Origin: an uncultured Gammaproteobacteria bacterium
GTDB taxonomy: Bacteria > Pseudomonadota > Gammaproteobacteria > JABCZS01
Reading direction: 5' to 3'
NCBI GenBank assembly: GCA_963848305.1
Contig: CAWKDC010000001.1
Coordinates: 1,088,001-1,152,000, forward strand
Length of the DNA: 64,000 nt
Under the pieces are notes generated by a model. The model was not told the origin of the DNA, made no database searches, and worked only from the letters and a program-made list of their open reading frames with translations. This document shows, in pieces, positions 19,703-29,834 of the stretch; within the stretch, counting starts at the first letter, position 1; every line of letters begins with the position of its first letter. The position numbers and the translations under genes are program-made.

Positions 19703-21535
19703 TCATTCCACCGTCACTGATTTTGCTAAATTCCGAGGCTGATCGACATCAGCCCCTTTTAAAACTGCCACATGATAGGCTAACAATTGCAAGGGCAAAG
19801 TATGCAATAAGGCAGGCGCAAACAACCCTGCACCAAGCGGAATGTTGATGACCTGAGCATTTAACATCTCGGCATGATCAACATCACTCACCAAAAATAA
19901 CCGGCCACCACGCGCATTGATTTCCTGAAGATTCGACAACATTTTCTCGTACTGACCATCATTATGCAATAAACCGATCACAGGCATCAATTCATCGACG
20001 AGGGCAAGGGGTCCATGTTTTAATTCACCAGCAGGATACGCTTCCGCATGAATGTATGAAATCTCTTTTAACTTCAATGCCCCTTCCAACGCAATTGGAG
20101 ACAATATGCCGCGCGCAACAAACAACGCACTTGTTTTATCAGCGAATGCTTGTGCCATTTTTTTAATGGCCGGGTCTAATGCCAACACCATTTCCATCAA
20201 ACGAGGTAATTGTTCTAAGCCTTCGATATGCAATTTCAAATGCGTGATATGTTTTGATTTTGCCAATGACAATGTCAGGAGTGCGAGTGACACCAATTGT
20301 GTGCAGAATGCTTTCGTGGAGGCGACACAAACTTCTCTGCCCGCACGGGTGAGAAACACGAGGTCAGCTTCACGCACCATCATGGATTCCGGCACATTGC
20401 AAATGGCCAACGTGGAACGATACGTTGAGCTTTTTGCTTTACGCAATGCAGCCAATGTATCTGCTGTTTCACCGGATTGTGAAATGCACACAAATAAAGT
20501 ATTTTTAGGGACAACAACATCACGGTAGCGATATTCACTCGACACTTCCACTGTGCAAGGAATTCCTACGATCGATTCGATCCCATAACGAGCGACCAAC
20601 CCGGCATGATAGCTCGTGCCACAGGCCACAATGTGAATGCATTCTATCTCGGCAAACAAAGCATCTGTGTTAGGGCCGAAAATAGCATCAAGCACTTGAT
20701 GATCACTTAAACGTCCTTCCAATGTTTCCTGCACAACATGAGGTTGTTCAAAAATTTCCTTTTGCATGTAATGATCGTATTGACCCTTATTGCCACTCAA
20801 ATACGCATCACTCGATAATTCTGTCACGTCTCGTGTGATTTTTTCAGCTTTTTTATTGTAAATATCGACTGATTGGGCAGTCACTTCGGCAACATCCCCT
20901 TCTTCTAAATAAATAAATTGTTGTGTCACCGTGATAAGGGCTAAATAATCAGACGCGAAAAAGTTTTCCCCATTCCCGAGACCGACTACTAACGGGCTGC
21001 CTTTTCTCACGGCGAATAATCGATCGGGATAAGCACATGATAATATGCCTAATGAAAAAGCACCTTCCAACTCTCGGATGGCTGCAAAAACCGCCTCACG
21101 CATGGTCTTGCTTTTTTTCAGACAAGAATGGATCAAGTGTGCAATCACTTCCGTATCCGTTTGAGAAGCAAACACATAGCCTTCCGCAATCAGTCTCGCA
21201 CGCAATGTGTCATGATTTTCAATGATCCCATTGTGCACAACCGCAATTTCATTGTCGCCATTTCCAGATGTATGTGGATGTGCATTTTGCTCAGAAGGCA
21301 CACCATGTGTTGCCCAACGGGTATGCGCAATACCAATATGACCCTGAACGGGATATTCTTTGATCGCTTGTACCAAATGGGCGACTTTGCCTTGCGCGCG
21401 AACACGAACCAACCCATTTTTTTCACACACAGCAATCCCTGCAGAATCATACCCGCGGTATTCAAGGCGCTGCAGACCTTCCAATAAAACTGGAGCCACA
21501 GGGCTCTTCATGACCGCACCAACAATACCACACAT
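19703..21535 (-). CDS. glmS: Glutamine-fructose-6-phosphate aminotransferase
   Basis: MCGIVG start, HTRWATHG, C-terminal PRNLAKSVTVE. Confidence 0.98.
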   Translation of the reverse strand: MCGIVGAVMKSPVAPVLLEGLQRLEYRGYDSAGIAVCEKNGLVRVRAQGKVAHLVQAIKEYPVQGHIGIAHTRWATHGVPSEQNAHPHTSGNGDNEIAVVHNGIIENHDTLRARLIAEGYVFASQTDTEVIAHLIHSCLKKSKTMREAVFAAIRELEGAFSLGILSCAYPDRLFAVRKGSPLVVGLGNGENFFASDYLALITVTQQFIYLEEGDVAEVTAQSVDIYNKKAEKITRDVTELSSDAYLSGNKGQYDHYMQKEIFEQPHVVQETLEGRLSDHQVLDAIFGPNTDALFAEIECIHIVACGTSYHAGLVARYGIESIVGIPCTVEVSSEYRYRDVVVPKNTLFVCISQSGETADTLAALRKAKSSTYRSTLAICNVPESMMVREADLVFLTRAGREVCVASTKAFCTQLVSLALLTLSLAKSKHITHLKLHIEGLEQLPRLMEMVLALDPAIKKMAQAFADKTSALFVARGILSPIALEGALKLKEISYIHAEAYPAGELKHGPLALVDELMPVIGLLHNDGQYEKMLSNLQEINARGGRLFLVSDVDHAEMLNAQVINIPLGAGLFAPALLHTLPLQLLAYHVAVLKGADVDQPRNLAKSVTVE

Positions 21536-22909
21536 TTATAAATCCCCTTCTTCAGGTGTTTTTTCAGGGCGTTTCCATGTGGGCAAGGTAGTTTGTTTTG
21601 CACGTGCCAGTGTCAATTGATTATCTGGCGCGTCTTTGGTGAGCACCGTACCGGCGCCAATCGTTGCGCCTTCACCCACCGACACAGGTGCGACCAAACT
21701 GGCATTGGATCCAATAAACGCATGGTCGCCAATCACGGTGTGGTGTTTATTCACACCATCGTAATTGCAGGTGATCACGCCCGCACCAATATTAACGTGT
21801 TGGCCCACGGTTGTATCGCCGATGTAGCTGAGATGATTCGCTTTGGAATGGGCACCTAAGGTTGAGTTTTTAATTTCGACAAAATTGCCGACATGCACCT
21901 GATCTTCGAGACAAGCGCCTGGGCGCAAGCGTGCGAAGGGACCCACTGTCACCCCTGATTTAATCGTTGCACCGTCAATATGTGAAAATGGTTGAATCGA
22001 GACATGATCACCCATCATGCTGTTTTTAATGATCACGTTGGCGCCAATGTGCGTATGATTTCCGAGCGTCACATCGCCCTCTATGATCACATTCACATCG
22101 ATAAAGACATCTTTGCCAACCGTCAGTGTGCCGCGCAGATCAAAGCGCGAAGGATCTGCAAAACGTACCCCTTGTTGCATCAATGCATCGGCCTGCTGAG
22201 TTTGCAGGACGCGTTCTGCTTGCGATAATTGTTTCATATCATTTATTCCAAAAGCTTCAACAGGATCGGCAAGGCGCATCGCCTGCACGTGTGTGTGTTG
22301 CTGCGCGAGCGGGACAACATCCGGTAAATAATATTCCCCTGCTTTATTGGCACACCCAACTTGTGGCAGCCATGCCAACCAATCTTGACGTTGTGCAATA
22401 TAAATGCCTGAAGACACTTCTTGAATCTTCCGCTCAACATCGTTGGCATCTTTTTCTTCAACAATACGATCGACCGCCCCATTCGCATGGCGCAGCACGC
22501 GCCCCAAACCGGTCGGATCGGGCGCATCATACGTCAATATGCCTAACGCTTCCGGCGGCGTATTTCGTTCAAAAGCAGCGAGGGTTTCTGCAGTGATTAA
22601 AGGACCGTCGCCAGCCAGTATCATCACCCTTTCGCCTTTGACATGGGGCATCGCCTGTAGGACGGCATGTGCCGTTCCCAGAGGCTCCGGTTGAACCACA
22701 TGATCACAGCCATGTCCCTGCAAATAGTCTTGAATGGCCGCTGAATCAGGCCCTACCACACACACCAACTGCACGGGCTTTAAAACCTTCACTGCGTCAA
22801 TGACATACGACAACATCGGGCGCCCAGCCAACGGCTGCAACACCTTGGGAACGCCAGAGCGCATGCGGGTGCCTTTGCCTGCTGCGAGTATGATGATGCT
22901 GACGGACAT
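21536..22909 (-). CDS. glmU: Bifunctional UDP-GlcNAc pyrophosphorylase/acetyltransferase
   Basis: LAAGKGTRM, EYYL.D, hexapeptide repeats, ITCNYDG. Confidence 0.97.
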   Translation of the reverse strand: MSVSIIILAAGKGTRMRSGVPKVLQPLAGRPMLSYVIDAVKVLKPVQLVCVVGPDSAAIQDYLQGHGCDHVVQPEPLGTAHAVLQAMPHVKGERVMILAGDGPLITAETLAAFERNTPPEALGILTYDAPDPTGLGRVLRHANGAVDRIVEEKDANDVERKIQEVSSGIYIAQRQDWLAWLPQVGCANKAGEYYLPDVVPLAQQHTHVQAMRLADPVEAFGINDMKQLSQAERVLQTQQADALMQQGVRFADPSRFDLRGTLTVGKDVFIDVNVIIEGDVTLGNHTHIGANVIIKNSMMGDHVSIQPFSHIDGATIKSGVTVGPFARLRPGACLEDQVHVGNFVEIKNSTLGAHSKANHLSYIGDTTVGQHVNIGAGVITCNYDGVNKHHTVIGDHAFIGSNASLVAPVSVGEGATIGAGTVLTKDAPDNQLTLARAKQTTLPTWKRPEKTPEEGDL

Positions 22910-23095
22910 ATATGTTATTTCTCACCTTTTAAAGGGTTAATCATAACACTGGATCGCGTTAAAAACGAGTCCCGTGGGCTACTCATCATATTCATCACGA
23001 CACTTTTCGTCACGAAACTCTTCGTGATGAGGAATGACGTGAGGAAAGGGACAGCTTCCATTCTTTTTAAATCAATCTGTTAAAAAAATTTATGC

Positions 23096-24619
23096 TCAAT
23101 CCTCGCAAGCCGTTTGGGTACAGAAGATTCCTACAGCGCTCAGTGCGGCCATCACGTCCTCATAGGGGTACCCCAAAAAGGCGGCCGCAATCACCGTATC
23201 GTACCCAGCAGACTCGAAATTTGACCAAGCGTACCAATAGTACATATTCGCGGTGTACATCACATCAAAGGCTGTTCGCACGTCCCACCCAGGGGTGGTT
23301 GCCAACAAATAAAAGACCCTATTGAACACGCCACTCGACTGATGTGGATCCATACGGAATGTAAACCCTGCCACGGTATCAATTGATCGTCCATCTTTGG
23401 AAGGATAATCCATGTATCTCAGCACAGCCCCTGGCGCTTTGAATATATCTGCGCCTATCGTCCAGCCCAGTGGCGCACCATAAAAATAAAATTCGGCCGC
23501 TTTGGCAGCGATATCTGAAAAAGATTCATTCAAACCGCCCGATTGATTGGAGTAAATCAATTGAGAAGCATATTCTGTGACACCATGCGCCAACTCATGT
23601 GAGACAACATCGAGTGTGGTGAGTGGATATAGTTCATCATTCCCATCTCCGAACGTCATGGATTCACCATTCCAAAAGGCATTCGCATAATTGTCACCAT
23701 AATGCACACGCACATCCAGAGGCAGCACAAATGGCTGATGGCCGTACCAATCCTCATACATCTTCACGACGGTATGGGCAAATGAGTAAGCATCGTTTAG
23801 AGGAGAATAGGCGCCATTGATCGCATCATTGCTTTGTTCATATTGTTGAGCAGCTGGATCGCAGGTATATGTATAGATCAGTCCATCACTGGTGAAATTG
23901 GCCATGTTCACGGCAGCCACGTCTTCACTTTGCATCACACAAGTATTTGCAACAACCAAGATATCAAGCGCGGGATAATCGAGACCATATTGATATTCAC
24001 CGGTTTTTCCATTGCCCCCAGGCCCCGTGCCCACTTGTTCTGACGTTAACCCTTCCCAGTGTTCAAGCACTTCACCCGTGACACTGTCCACAATATAATG
24101 GGGACGCGTGGGTGCATTACCTTCTGGTAAATCCGCGAAAAAATGAATGCTCACGGCACGATGGGCGATATTGTTTTGGTCGATATAAATCACAGGTTCA
24201 GCGAATTCATTTTTCAATATCAGCGATGAATTGTGTTGAAGTGCGAAGCTATTTTTGACAGACATCAATATTGCTGCTGGATCCATTGAACGTAATGATT
24301 TTTTCAAGTCTGTTTCAATGCCATCCACCCACACACCTGTCCATGCGGGCAGGGGAAAAATCGATCTTTGAAGACTGGGCACATATTCATGTTCAATCAC
24401 TTGATAGCCAAACACCGGCAACCCTTCATAGGTTTGAACATAACGGGTGTGCACATTCCCTTTTAAATCTTTCGCGCGAGAGACCAGCGTTAAATCTGCT
24501 TCGGGCAGTTGCGCCATGAATCCTGCTTTTTCAGATGGCAGCAAAGATATTAAATGCACCGCATGCGCACTGATTGACACGCATATTGTGGTAATAATCA
24601 CAATTATTTTATTGACCAT
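23096..24619 (-). CDS. M4 family secreted zinc metalloprotease (thermolysin/ProA-like)
   Basis: Signal peptide, propeptide, NAFWNG, HELAH, GGLNESFSD. Confidence 0.92.
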   Translation of the reverse strand: MVNKIIVIITTICVSISAHAVHLISLLPSEKAGFMAQLPEADLTLVSRAKDLKGNVHTRYVQTYEGLPVFGYQVIEHEYVPSLQRSIFPLPAWTGVWVDGIETDLKKSLRSMDPAAILMSVKNSFALQHNSSLILKNEFAEPVIYIDQNNIAHRAVSIHFFADLPEGNAPTRPHYIVDSVTGEVLEHWEGLTSEQVGTGPGGNGKTGEYQYGLDYPALDILVVANTCVMQSEDVAAVNMANFTSDGLIYTYTCDPAAQQYEQSNDAINGAYSPLNDAYSFAHTVVKMYEDWYGHQPFVLPLDVRVHYGDNYANAFWNGESMTFGDGNDELYPLTTLDVVSHELAHGVTEYASQLIYSNQSGGLNESFSDIAAKAAEFYFYGAPLGWTIGADIFKAPGAVLRYMDYPSKDGRSIDTVAGFTFRMDPHQSSGVFNRVFYLLATTPGWDVRTAFDVMYTANMYYWYAWSNFESAGYDTVIAAAFLGYPYEDVMAALSAVGIFCTQTACED

Positions 24620-24687
24620 CCTTATGTCTCTCTTTCTTGTCCCATTAACCTATATAGTGCATCACCGACAACACTATTGGTGATTGA

Positions 24688-25946
24688 TTATTTCTCCACG
24701 GCAGCCAGCATCACTTTTTTATCTAATTCACCCATGCGCTGCGCAATGAACAAAGCTGCCACGCTATTACCGATCACATTCGTGATAGCACGGCCTTCAG
24801 ACAGGAAGCGATCAATCCCAAGGATCAACACTATCCCCTCAACAGGAATGATTTGAAATGCGGTGAGGGTCGCGGCCAAGGTGATAAACCCTCCGCCACT
24901 CACGGTTGCGGCCCTTTTGACGTGATGATCATCAAGCCCAGCAATACCAAAATTTGATGAAAGTTTAATTCGACTTGCGTGGCTTGGGCAATAAACAAGG
25001 CGGCCATGGTCAAATAAATCGCTGTACCGTCCAGATTGAACGAATAACCCGTTGGAACAACCAATCGCACGACATCTGGGTGCGCACCCAATGCTTCCAA
25101 TTTATTGATCAAACGTGCCAGCACACTTTCAGAGCTGGAGGTTGCGAGCACAATCACCAACTCTTCGCGCAAATATCGCAATAGTTGCATGATGGAAATC
25201 CCGCAGGACAGTTTCAACACCAATCCCAATACGACAAAAATAAACACCGTACATGTCACATAAAAACAGGCCAGCAAGAAAAACAATTGACCCAATACCG
25301 CTAAACCAAAATGCCCGACAGAGAATGCAATGGCCGCAAAAGCCCCAATAGGCGCCAATTTCAATACGTAATCCATCATTTTAAAAAACACATTGGTCAA
25401 CGAATTGATGGGTCCGATCAAGGTTTTTTTATCGTCTTTCAACAAGGTCAATGCAAACGCAAACAACAGTGCCAATAATAAAATCTGCAAAATATTGCCT
25501 TCAGCGAAAGCACTCACAAAAGTTTTAGGAATAATATGAAGCAAAAATGGAATGACCCCATCTTGCTGCTTGGTGGAATCAACATAAGCACTGATGCTTG
25601 CGGTGTTCAGCGTGGAGATATCCACTGTGAAACCACTGCCAGGCTGTAAAAAATGGGACACAAGCACGCCGACAATCAGCGCGAAAGTTGTCATGAGCAT
25701 AAAATAAAGGAACGCAAAACCGCCGACCTTACCCGCTTTCGACACTTGGTTCACTGATAAAATACCTGACACAATCGCCAAAAAAATCACCGGGGGGATC
25801 AGCATTTTCACCAGGGCAATGAAGCCATCCGCCAAGGGTTTGAATTTCACCGCCAGTGCAGCTTCATAGTGTCCAAAAATCACGCCAACTAAAATGGCCA
25901 ATAAAACCTGTACATAAAGATGTTTGAAGAATCGCAGCATTTTCAT
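24688..25946 (-). CDS. dctA: C4-dicarboxylate transporter DctA, one frameshift near 24912
   Basis: [23 protein letters not shown]; adding one G to a G3 run restores [20 protein letters not shown]. Confidence 0.88.
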
Positions 25947-26060
25947 ATTTGAGGAATCCTACTGTCTAAAAGCGGTTTCCGATTATACCCTATTTGCCCC
26001 ACCTTTGGCGAGCCCTTTCCGATGCGCATAACACCCTGAATAACAAGGCTTTTTACTTTA

Positions 26061-26089
26061 TTGACAGTGATTCATACTACTGATATGAT
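26061..26089 (+). promoter_or_regulatory. Sigma-70 promoter
   Basis: TTGACA-N17-TATGAT with extended -10 TG. Confidence 0.7.
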
Positions 26090-26119
26090 GCCGAAACCTT
26101 TCCAATCAGGAGTTTTACG

Positions 26120-26356
26120 ATGAAGTCCAAGATCTTGCGCCTCTGCGCACTTTTATGCCTTCCTTTATTCTCCTTTGCAACGCCCCAGTTTACCTTGAGT
26201 TCCTGCCCAACCGCTTTTATTGACGAGATGTCTTTGTTCAGTCCCTATCATGCGTCTCCCTGCTGGCCTACGGGTACCCCTTGCTGCAACAAATATGGAC
26301 AATGCCGCTGCCCAGGAAAATGTTTTTTTGACCTTACTGTAGGAGTTTTACAATGA
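26120..26356 (+). CDS. Small secreted cysteine-rich peptide
   Basis: AGGAG RBS, signal peptide, C-x6-CC-x5-C-x-C-x3-C core, ATGA overlap with next gene. Confidence 0.65.
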   Translation: MKSKILRLCALLCLPLFSFATPQFTLSSCPTAFIDEMSLFSPYHASPCWPTGTPCCNKYGQCRCPGKCFFDLTVGVLQ

Positions 26357-27531
26357 AGTCCATGATCTTGCGCCTCTGCGCCTTCTTATTCTTCCCTCTG
26401 CTCGCCCTGGCGGATACTGTGATGGTCATCGATGCCGGTAGCTCCGGAACCCGTGCTTATGTCTACGAAACGACGAATAATGCTGGCGATATCACCGTCA
26501 CAAAAATTATCGATCAAAAGGTATCTCCTGCTGTCACTTCAGTCACCGATTTCAATACGTATTTCAGCAATCTGCTCACACTTGTTCAATCAGGCAGCGT
26601 GGTGAACGCTGATACGCCAATCTATCTTTATGCCACTGCCGGCGTGCGCATGCTGCCACGCGCTGATCAAACCGCGCTGCTGGCCAACATCCGCGCGGGG
26701 CTGAGCGAAGAAGCCGCTGTACTCGGTTATCCAGACATGACAGCGACTTTAAAAGAAGATGTCAGGGTGATCTCCGCTGCAGAAGAAGCCTATTTTATCT
26801 GGATCAACGATCAGTATGTCGCAGGGAAGTTAGAACTGAATACATTGAATAACGAGAACACGTTTGCTGCTGTTGAAATGGGAGGTGCTTCTGCCGAAGT
26901 GGCGTTATTACCCCTACGCGCCCACCCAGCCACACTCAAGAACTCCATTTCATTCCCTTTTTATGATCGTCGTTACTCCATATACAGCGTCGGCTATGAT
27001 GGCTCGGGTCTAGATAAAGCCATTGCACACATGCTGGATGCTTATGAACGTAACGGCGGCGATTTTGCAGCCTGCTTTCCTGTGGGCGCACCCTATCCTT
27101 TAACCAATCCTGTGCTAACCGGAACGGGTGAGTTTGAAGAATGCGCTACTTTTATCAAGAGGCACCCTGCGAATCAGTACCGCAAAGCGCCCAGTGCAGA
27201 TCAGTATTTGTTGACAGGCGGTTTTTACTACACCTTCAAAATACTGGGCTTGGCCAATGACAACAGTCCTTTCTGGGTGTCCTTGGATGATCTCGCCACA
27301 GAAGGGACAGATTTTTGCACCACTTCATGGACCGATCTTCAAAGTGAATATCCTTCGGAAGGCCTAAGCTATTTGCTCAATTATTGCTTCAACAGTGCAT
27401 TCCAACATCATTATTTGGAAGGCATTGGCGTGAACAACAATGACCTCTTGATGAGCACCGATAAATACAATGGGGACCCTACCAAGCCAATGACTTGGAC
27501 GTTAGGTGTTGCGTATCGCAAGGCGCAGTGA
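26353..27531 (+). CDS. Secreted GDA1/CD39 family NTPDase (apyrase)
   Basis: ACR1 IDAGSSGTR, ACR2 ATAGVR, ACR3 EEAYFIW, ACR4 EMGGAS, ACR5 WTLG. Confidence 0.9.
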   Translation: MKSMILRLCAFLFFPLLALADTVMVIDAGSSGTRAYVYETTNNAGDITVTKIIDQKVSPAVTSVTDFNTYFSNLLTLVQSGSVVNADTPIYLYATAGVRMLPRADQTALLANIRAGLSEEAAVLGYPDMTATLKEDVRVISAAEEAYFIWINDQYVAGKLELNTLNNENTFAAVEMGGASAEVALLPLRAHPATLKNSISFPFYDRRYSIYSVGYDGSGLDKAIAHMLDAYERNGGDFAACFPVGAPYPLTNPVLTGTGEFEECATFIKRHPANQYRKAPSADQYLLTGGFYYTFKILGLANDNSPFWVSLDDLATEGTDFCTTSWTDLQSEYPSEGLSYLLNYCFNSAFQHHYLEGIGVNNNDLLMSTDKYNGDPTKPMTWTLGVAYRKAQ

Positions 27532-27541
27532 AACGACCCAC

Positions 27542-27564
27542 TGTAGGGGCGCATATTTGCGCCC
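27542..27564 (+). repeat. GTAG-type REP element
   Basis: TGTAGGGGCGCATATTTGCGCCC. Confidence 0.82.
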
Positions 27565-27603
27565 TCGCGCGAAAGTGTTACGCCCCACTCAGCACCCCCG
27601 CCT

Positions 27604-28815
27604 TTAAAGGGGGCTTTCATTTTTTGTTTTAAATGCCCTATAAAAAACACCTGAAGTCACCACCCCCGCCACGACCAAAAACATGATCGGCGCGTTGTAC
27701 ATTTGATAATGCTCTGCCAAATATCCTGATATCACTGGCACCAAGCTGCCAAACGATGCGCCCAACATGAAACACGTGCTCACGTAGCGGCCACGACATT
27801 CGGGCGGAAATAAAGGATTCAACACCGCATGAACCGGCGCACCAAACGTGACATTTGCCGCCATCAATAAGAAAACACCCCATAAACTGCCCTGCTGAAT
27901 GCATAATACCCCGACAATACTGAGCGGTATCGACAACACTGCACCCAACATCATCATTTTTTCAGGTTTTAAAAAACGATCCGAGAAATATCCCGCTAAT
28001 GGGGTTAATACAATCGAACAAATCAGTGCGGTAAAAGTCGCCAATAATCCAGCTGATGCAGGATAATGTAAAATTTTCGTGAAATAAAAATTGGTGTACA
28101 TCATCGGGATCCAAATGATCACGTTGGTCAAAACACCTGCAAAAATAGCCACCGATACAGCGCTGCTACGTGGCACATGATATTGCATTGCCTTTGTGTC
28201 GACGGACACGCCCATTTCCTTTTTTAATTTTTCTCTGAAAATGAAACTGATATATGTGGCGAGTGCACCGAATGCAAAAGCATATCGCCATGCCGCTTCC
28301 GATAGATGATCATTCAGATAAAACCACGCAAAACCAAACGCAGCCAAACTGCCAATCGATCCAGAGGCTGCTAATGAACCGCTGATAAAACTGCGCCGCG
28401 TTTTATATTTTTCCATGAGCAACGTCCCCGCTGTCATGTATTCACCGCCAAGCGATAATCCTTGCAGTGCGCGCAACAATACAAATACAACCATCGAAAT
28501 AACACCAGCGATTTCATAGCCCGGCAATATCGCAATGCCAAAACCCGCAAAGCTCGCGTATTTCAATGTTTGACCCAATGCATAACCACGTCCAAGTCGA
28601 TCGGACAATGTGCCAAACACGTACCCCCCGATGGGGCGAATAATAAAAGGGATAGCAAATAGCAACAGGCTAACCAAATGGGTTTGCGTGGGATTAAGGT
28701 TAGGGATAAAAAACCCCGTAATGGCCGCACCCAAATGGGCGAACAGCATGAAATCATAATAATCGAGGATATTGCCCGCGGTAATTAAGCTGATGATTTT
28801 TAAGTTATTTTTCAT
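27604..28815 (-). CDS. MFS transporter, MHS/ProP-like
   Basis: GNILDYYDF, RPIGG..FG..SDRLGR, RALQGLSLGGE. Confidence 0.9.
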   Translation of the reverse strand: MKNNLKIISLITAGNILDYYDFMLFAHLGAAITGFFIPNLNPTQTHLVSLLLFAIPFIIRPIGGYVFGTLSDRLGRGYALGQTLKYASFAGFGIAILPGYEIAGVISMVVFVLLRALQGLSLGGEYMTAGTLLMEKYKTRRSFISGSLAASGSIGSLAAFGFAWFYLNDHLSEAAWRYAFAFGALATYISFIFREKLKKEMGVSVDTKAMQYHVPRSSAVSVAIFAGVLTNVIIWIPMMYTNFYFTKILHYPASAGLLATFTALICSIVLTPLAGYFSDRFLKPEKMMMLGAVLSIPLSIVGVLCIQQGSLWGVFLLMAANVTFGAPVHAVLNPLFPPECRGRYVSTCFMLGASFGSLVPVISGYLAEHYQMYNAPIMFLVVAGVVTSGVFYRAFKTKNESPL

Positions 28816-28984
28816 GAAAGAATCCTTGTGTGACGATAACTTCACTCAATATCGAAGGACTATGATAGTGGAATATCGGGGGGATTGAAAGAATATCAAA
28901 CAAAAAAAATGGTGAATGCTCATGACTGACCTTGACATGCCACAGATGCCTACGCACAATTAGACGTACAATGCGAGATTTCCT

Positions 28985-29152
28985 ATGGACGCTATTTCCT
29001 ATTCAAATGCGAGAAAAAATTTTGCCCAAACCATTTATCATCACCAGAATGAATGCTTCTTCTGTTGTCAGGGTTTGACTCATGAACACCGATTGGTTTA
29101 CCAAGTTGAGAAATGTGAGATTATTATTTTTCAATGCTGCTATCATTACTAA
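28985..29152 (+). pseudogene. Collapsed yefM-yoeB toxin-antitoxin remnant
   Basis: MDAISYSNARKNFAQT / IITRMNASSVV (YefM-like) joined to HEHRLVYQVEKCEIIIFQCCYHY* (YoeB C-terminus-like). Confidence 0.78.
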
Positions 29153-29167
29153 CAAAGGAATGCCCTC

Positions 29168-29650
29168 ATGAAACTATTGAATAAATATCAGGAACAGGTC
29201 AAAACCTATCAACCCCTGATAGTCATTGTGTTATTTTCGCTACTACTGTCATTTGCACATGGTCATATCCCCCTCATGACCGGGTTTATGGGCTACTTTC
29301 TCATTTTTCTATCGATGTTCAAGTTTTTTGATTTGAAAGGCTTTGTCGAAGGATTTTCCATGTATGACATCGTCACCCAAAAATTTCAACCTTATGGTTA
29401 CGGTTATCCTTTCATTGAATTGTTACTCGGCCTCGCCTATCTGATCCAACTTTTCCCGACGCTGACAAATACCATCACATTGATAGTGATGAGTGTCAGT
29501 GCCATCGGTGTGATCAAAAGCATCAGGGCGGGGATGAATGTCAAATGCGCTTGTTTGGGGACAGTGCTCAAGGTACCATTAAGTACCATCAGCATATTCG
29601 AAAATGTCGGCATGGCCGTGATGGCGCTGTGGCAGTTAGTGTTGTATTAA
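29168..29650 (+). CDS. MauE/DoxX-type membrane protein
   Basis: KFFDLKGF, YPFIEL, CACLG motifs. Confidence 0.8.
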   Translation: MKLLNKYQEQVKTYQPLIVIVLFSLLLSFAHGHIPLMTGFMGYFLIFLSMFKFFDLKGFVEGFSMYDIVTQKFQPYGYGYPFIELLLGLAYLIQLFPTLTNTITLIVMSVSAIGVIKSIRAGMNVKCACLGTVLKVPLSTISIFENVGMAVMALWQLVLY

Positions 29651-29834
29651 TCCTGGCGAATTAAAGATTTGTATTACGAAGGGCCTGTTGACATTCTCGA
29701 GGCAACCACCTGATTTCAAACATAAAACCTCTATTTTAACCTAATTTTATTTTCCTGATGGCCTTAAGTATTTGACTTTATAGTGTCTTTACGGTATTCT
29801 TCTTTCTAACTTATGTTCTTCGTTGAGGTATTCC

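Noticed and set aside
19690-19745. Tn7 insertion at attTn7 downstream of glmS
   Set aside because: The glmS 3' target sequence is present but no Tn7 ends or tns genes follow; a small exported gene starts 3 nt downstream
24900-24920. dctA as a true pseudogene or programmed frameshift
   Set aside because: A single missing G in a homopolymer with both halves conserved is typical of sequencing error
28870-28915. DGR template repeat for the A-poor patch at 30721-30820
   Set aside because: A-rich, but non-A positions do not align with the patch
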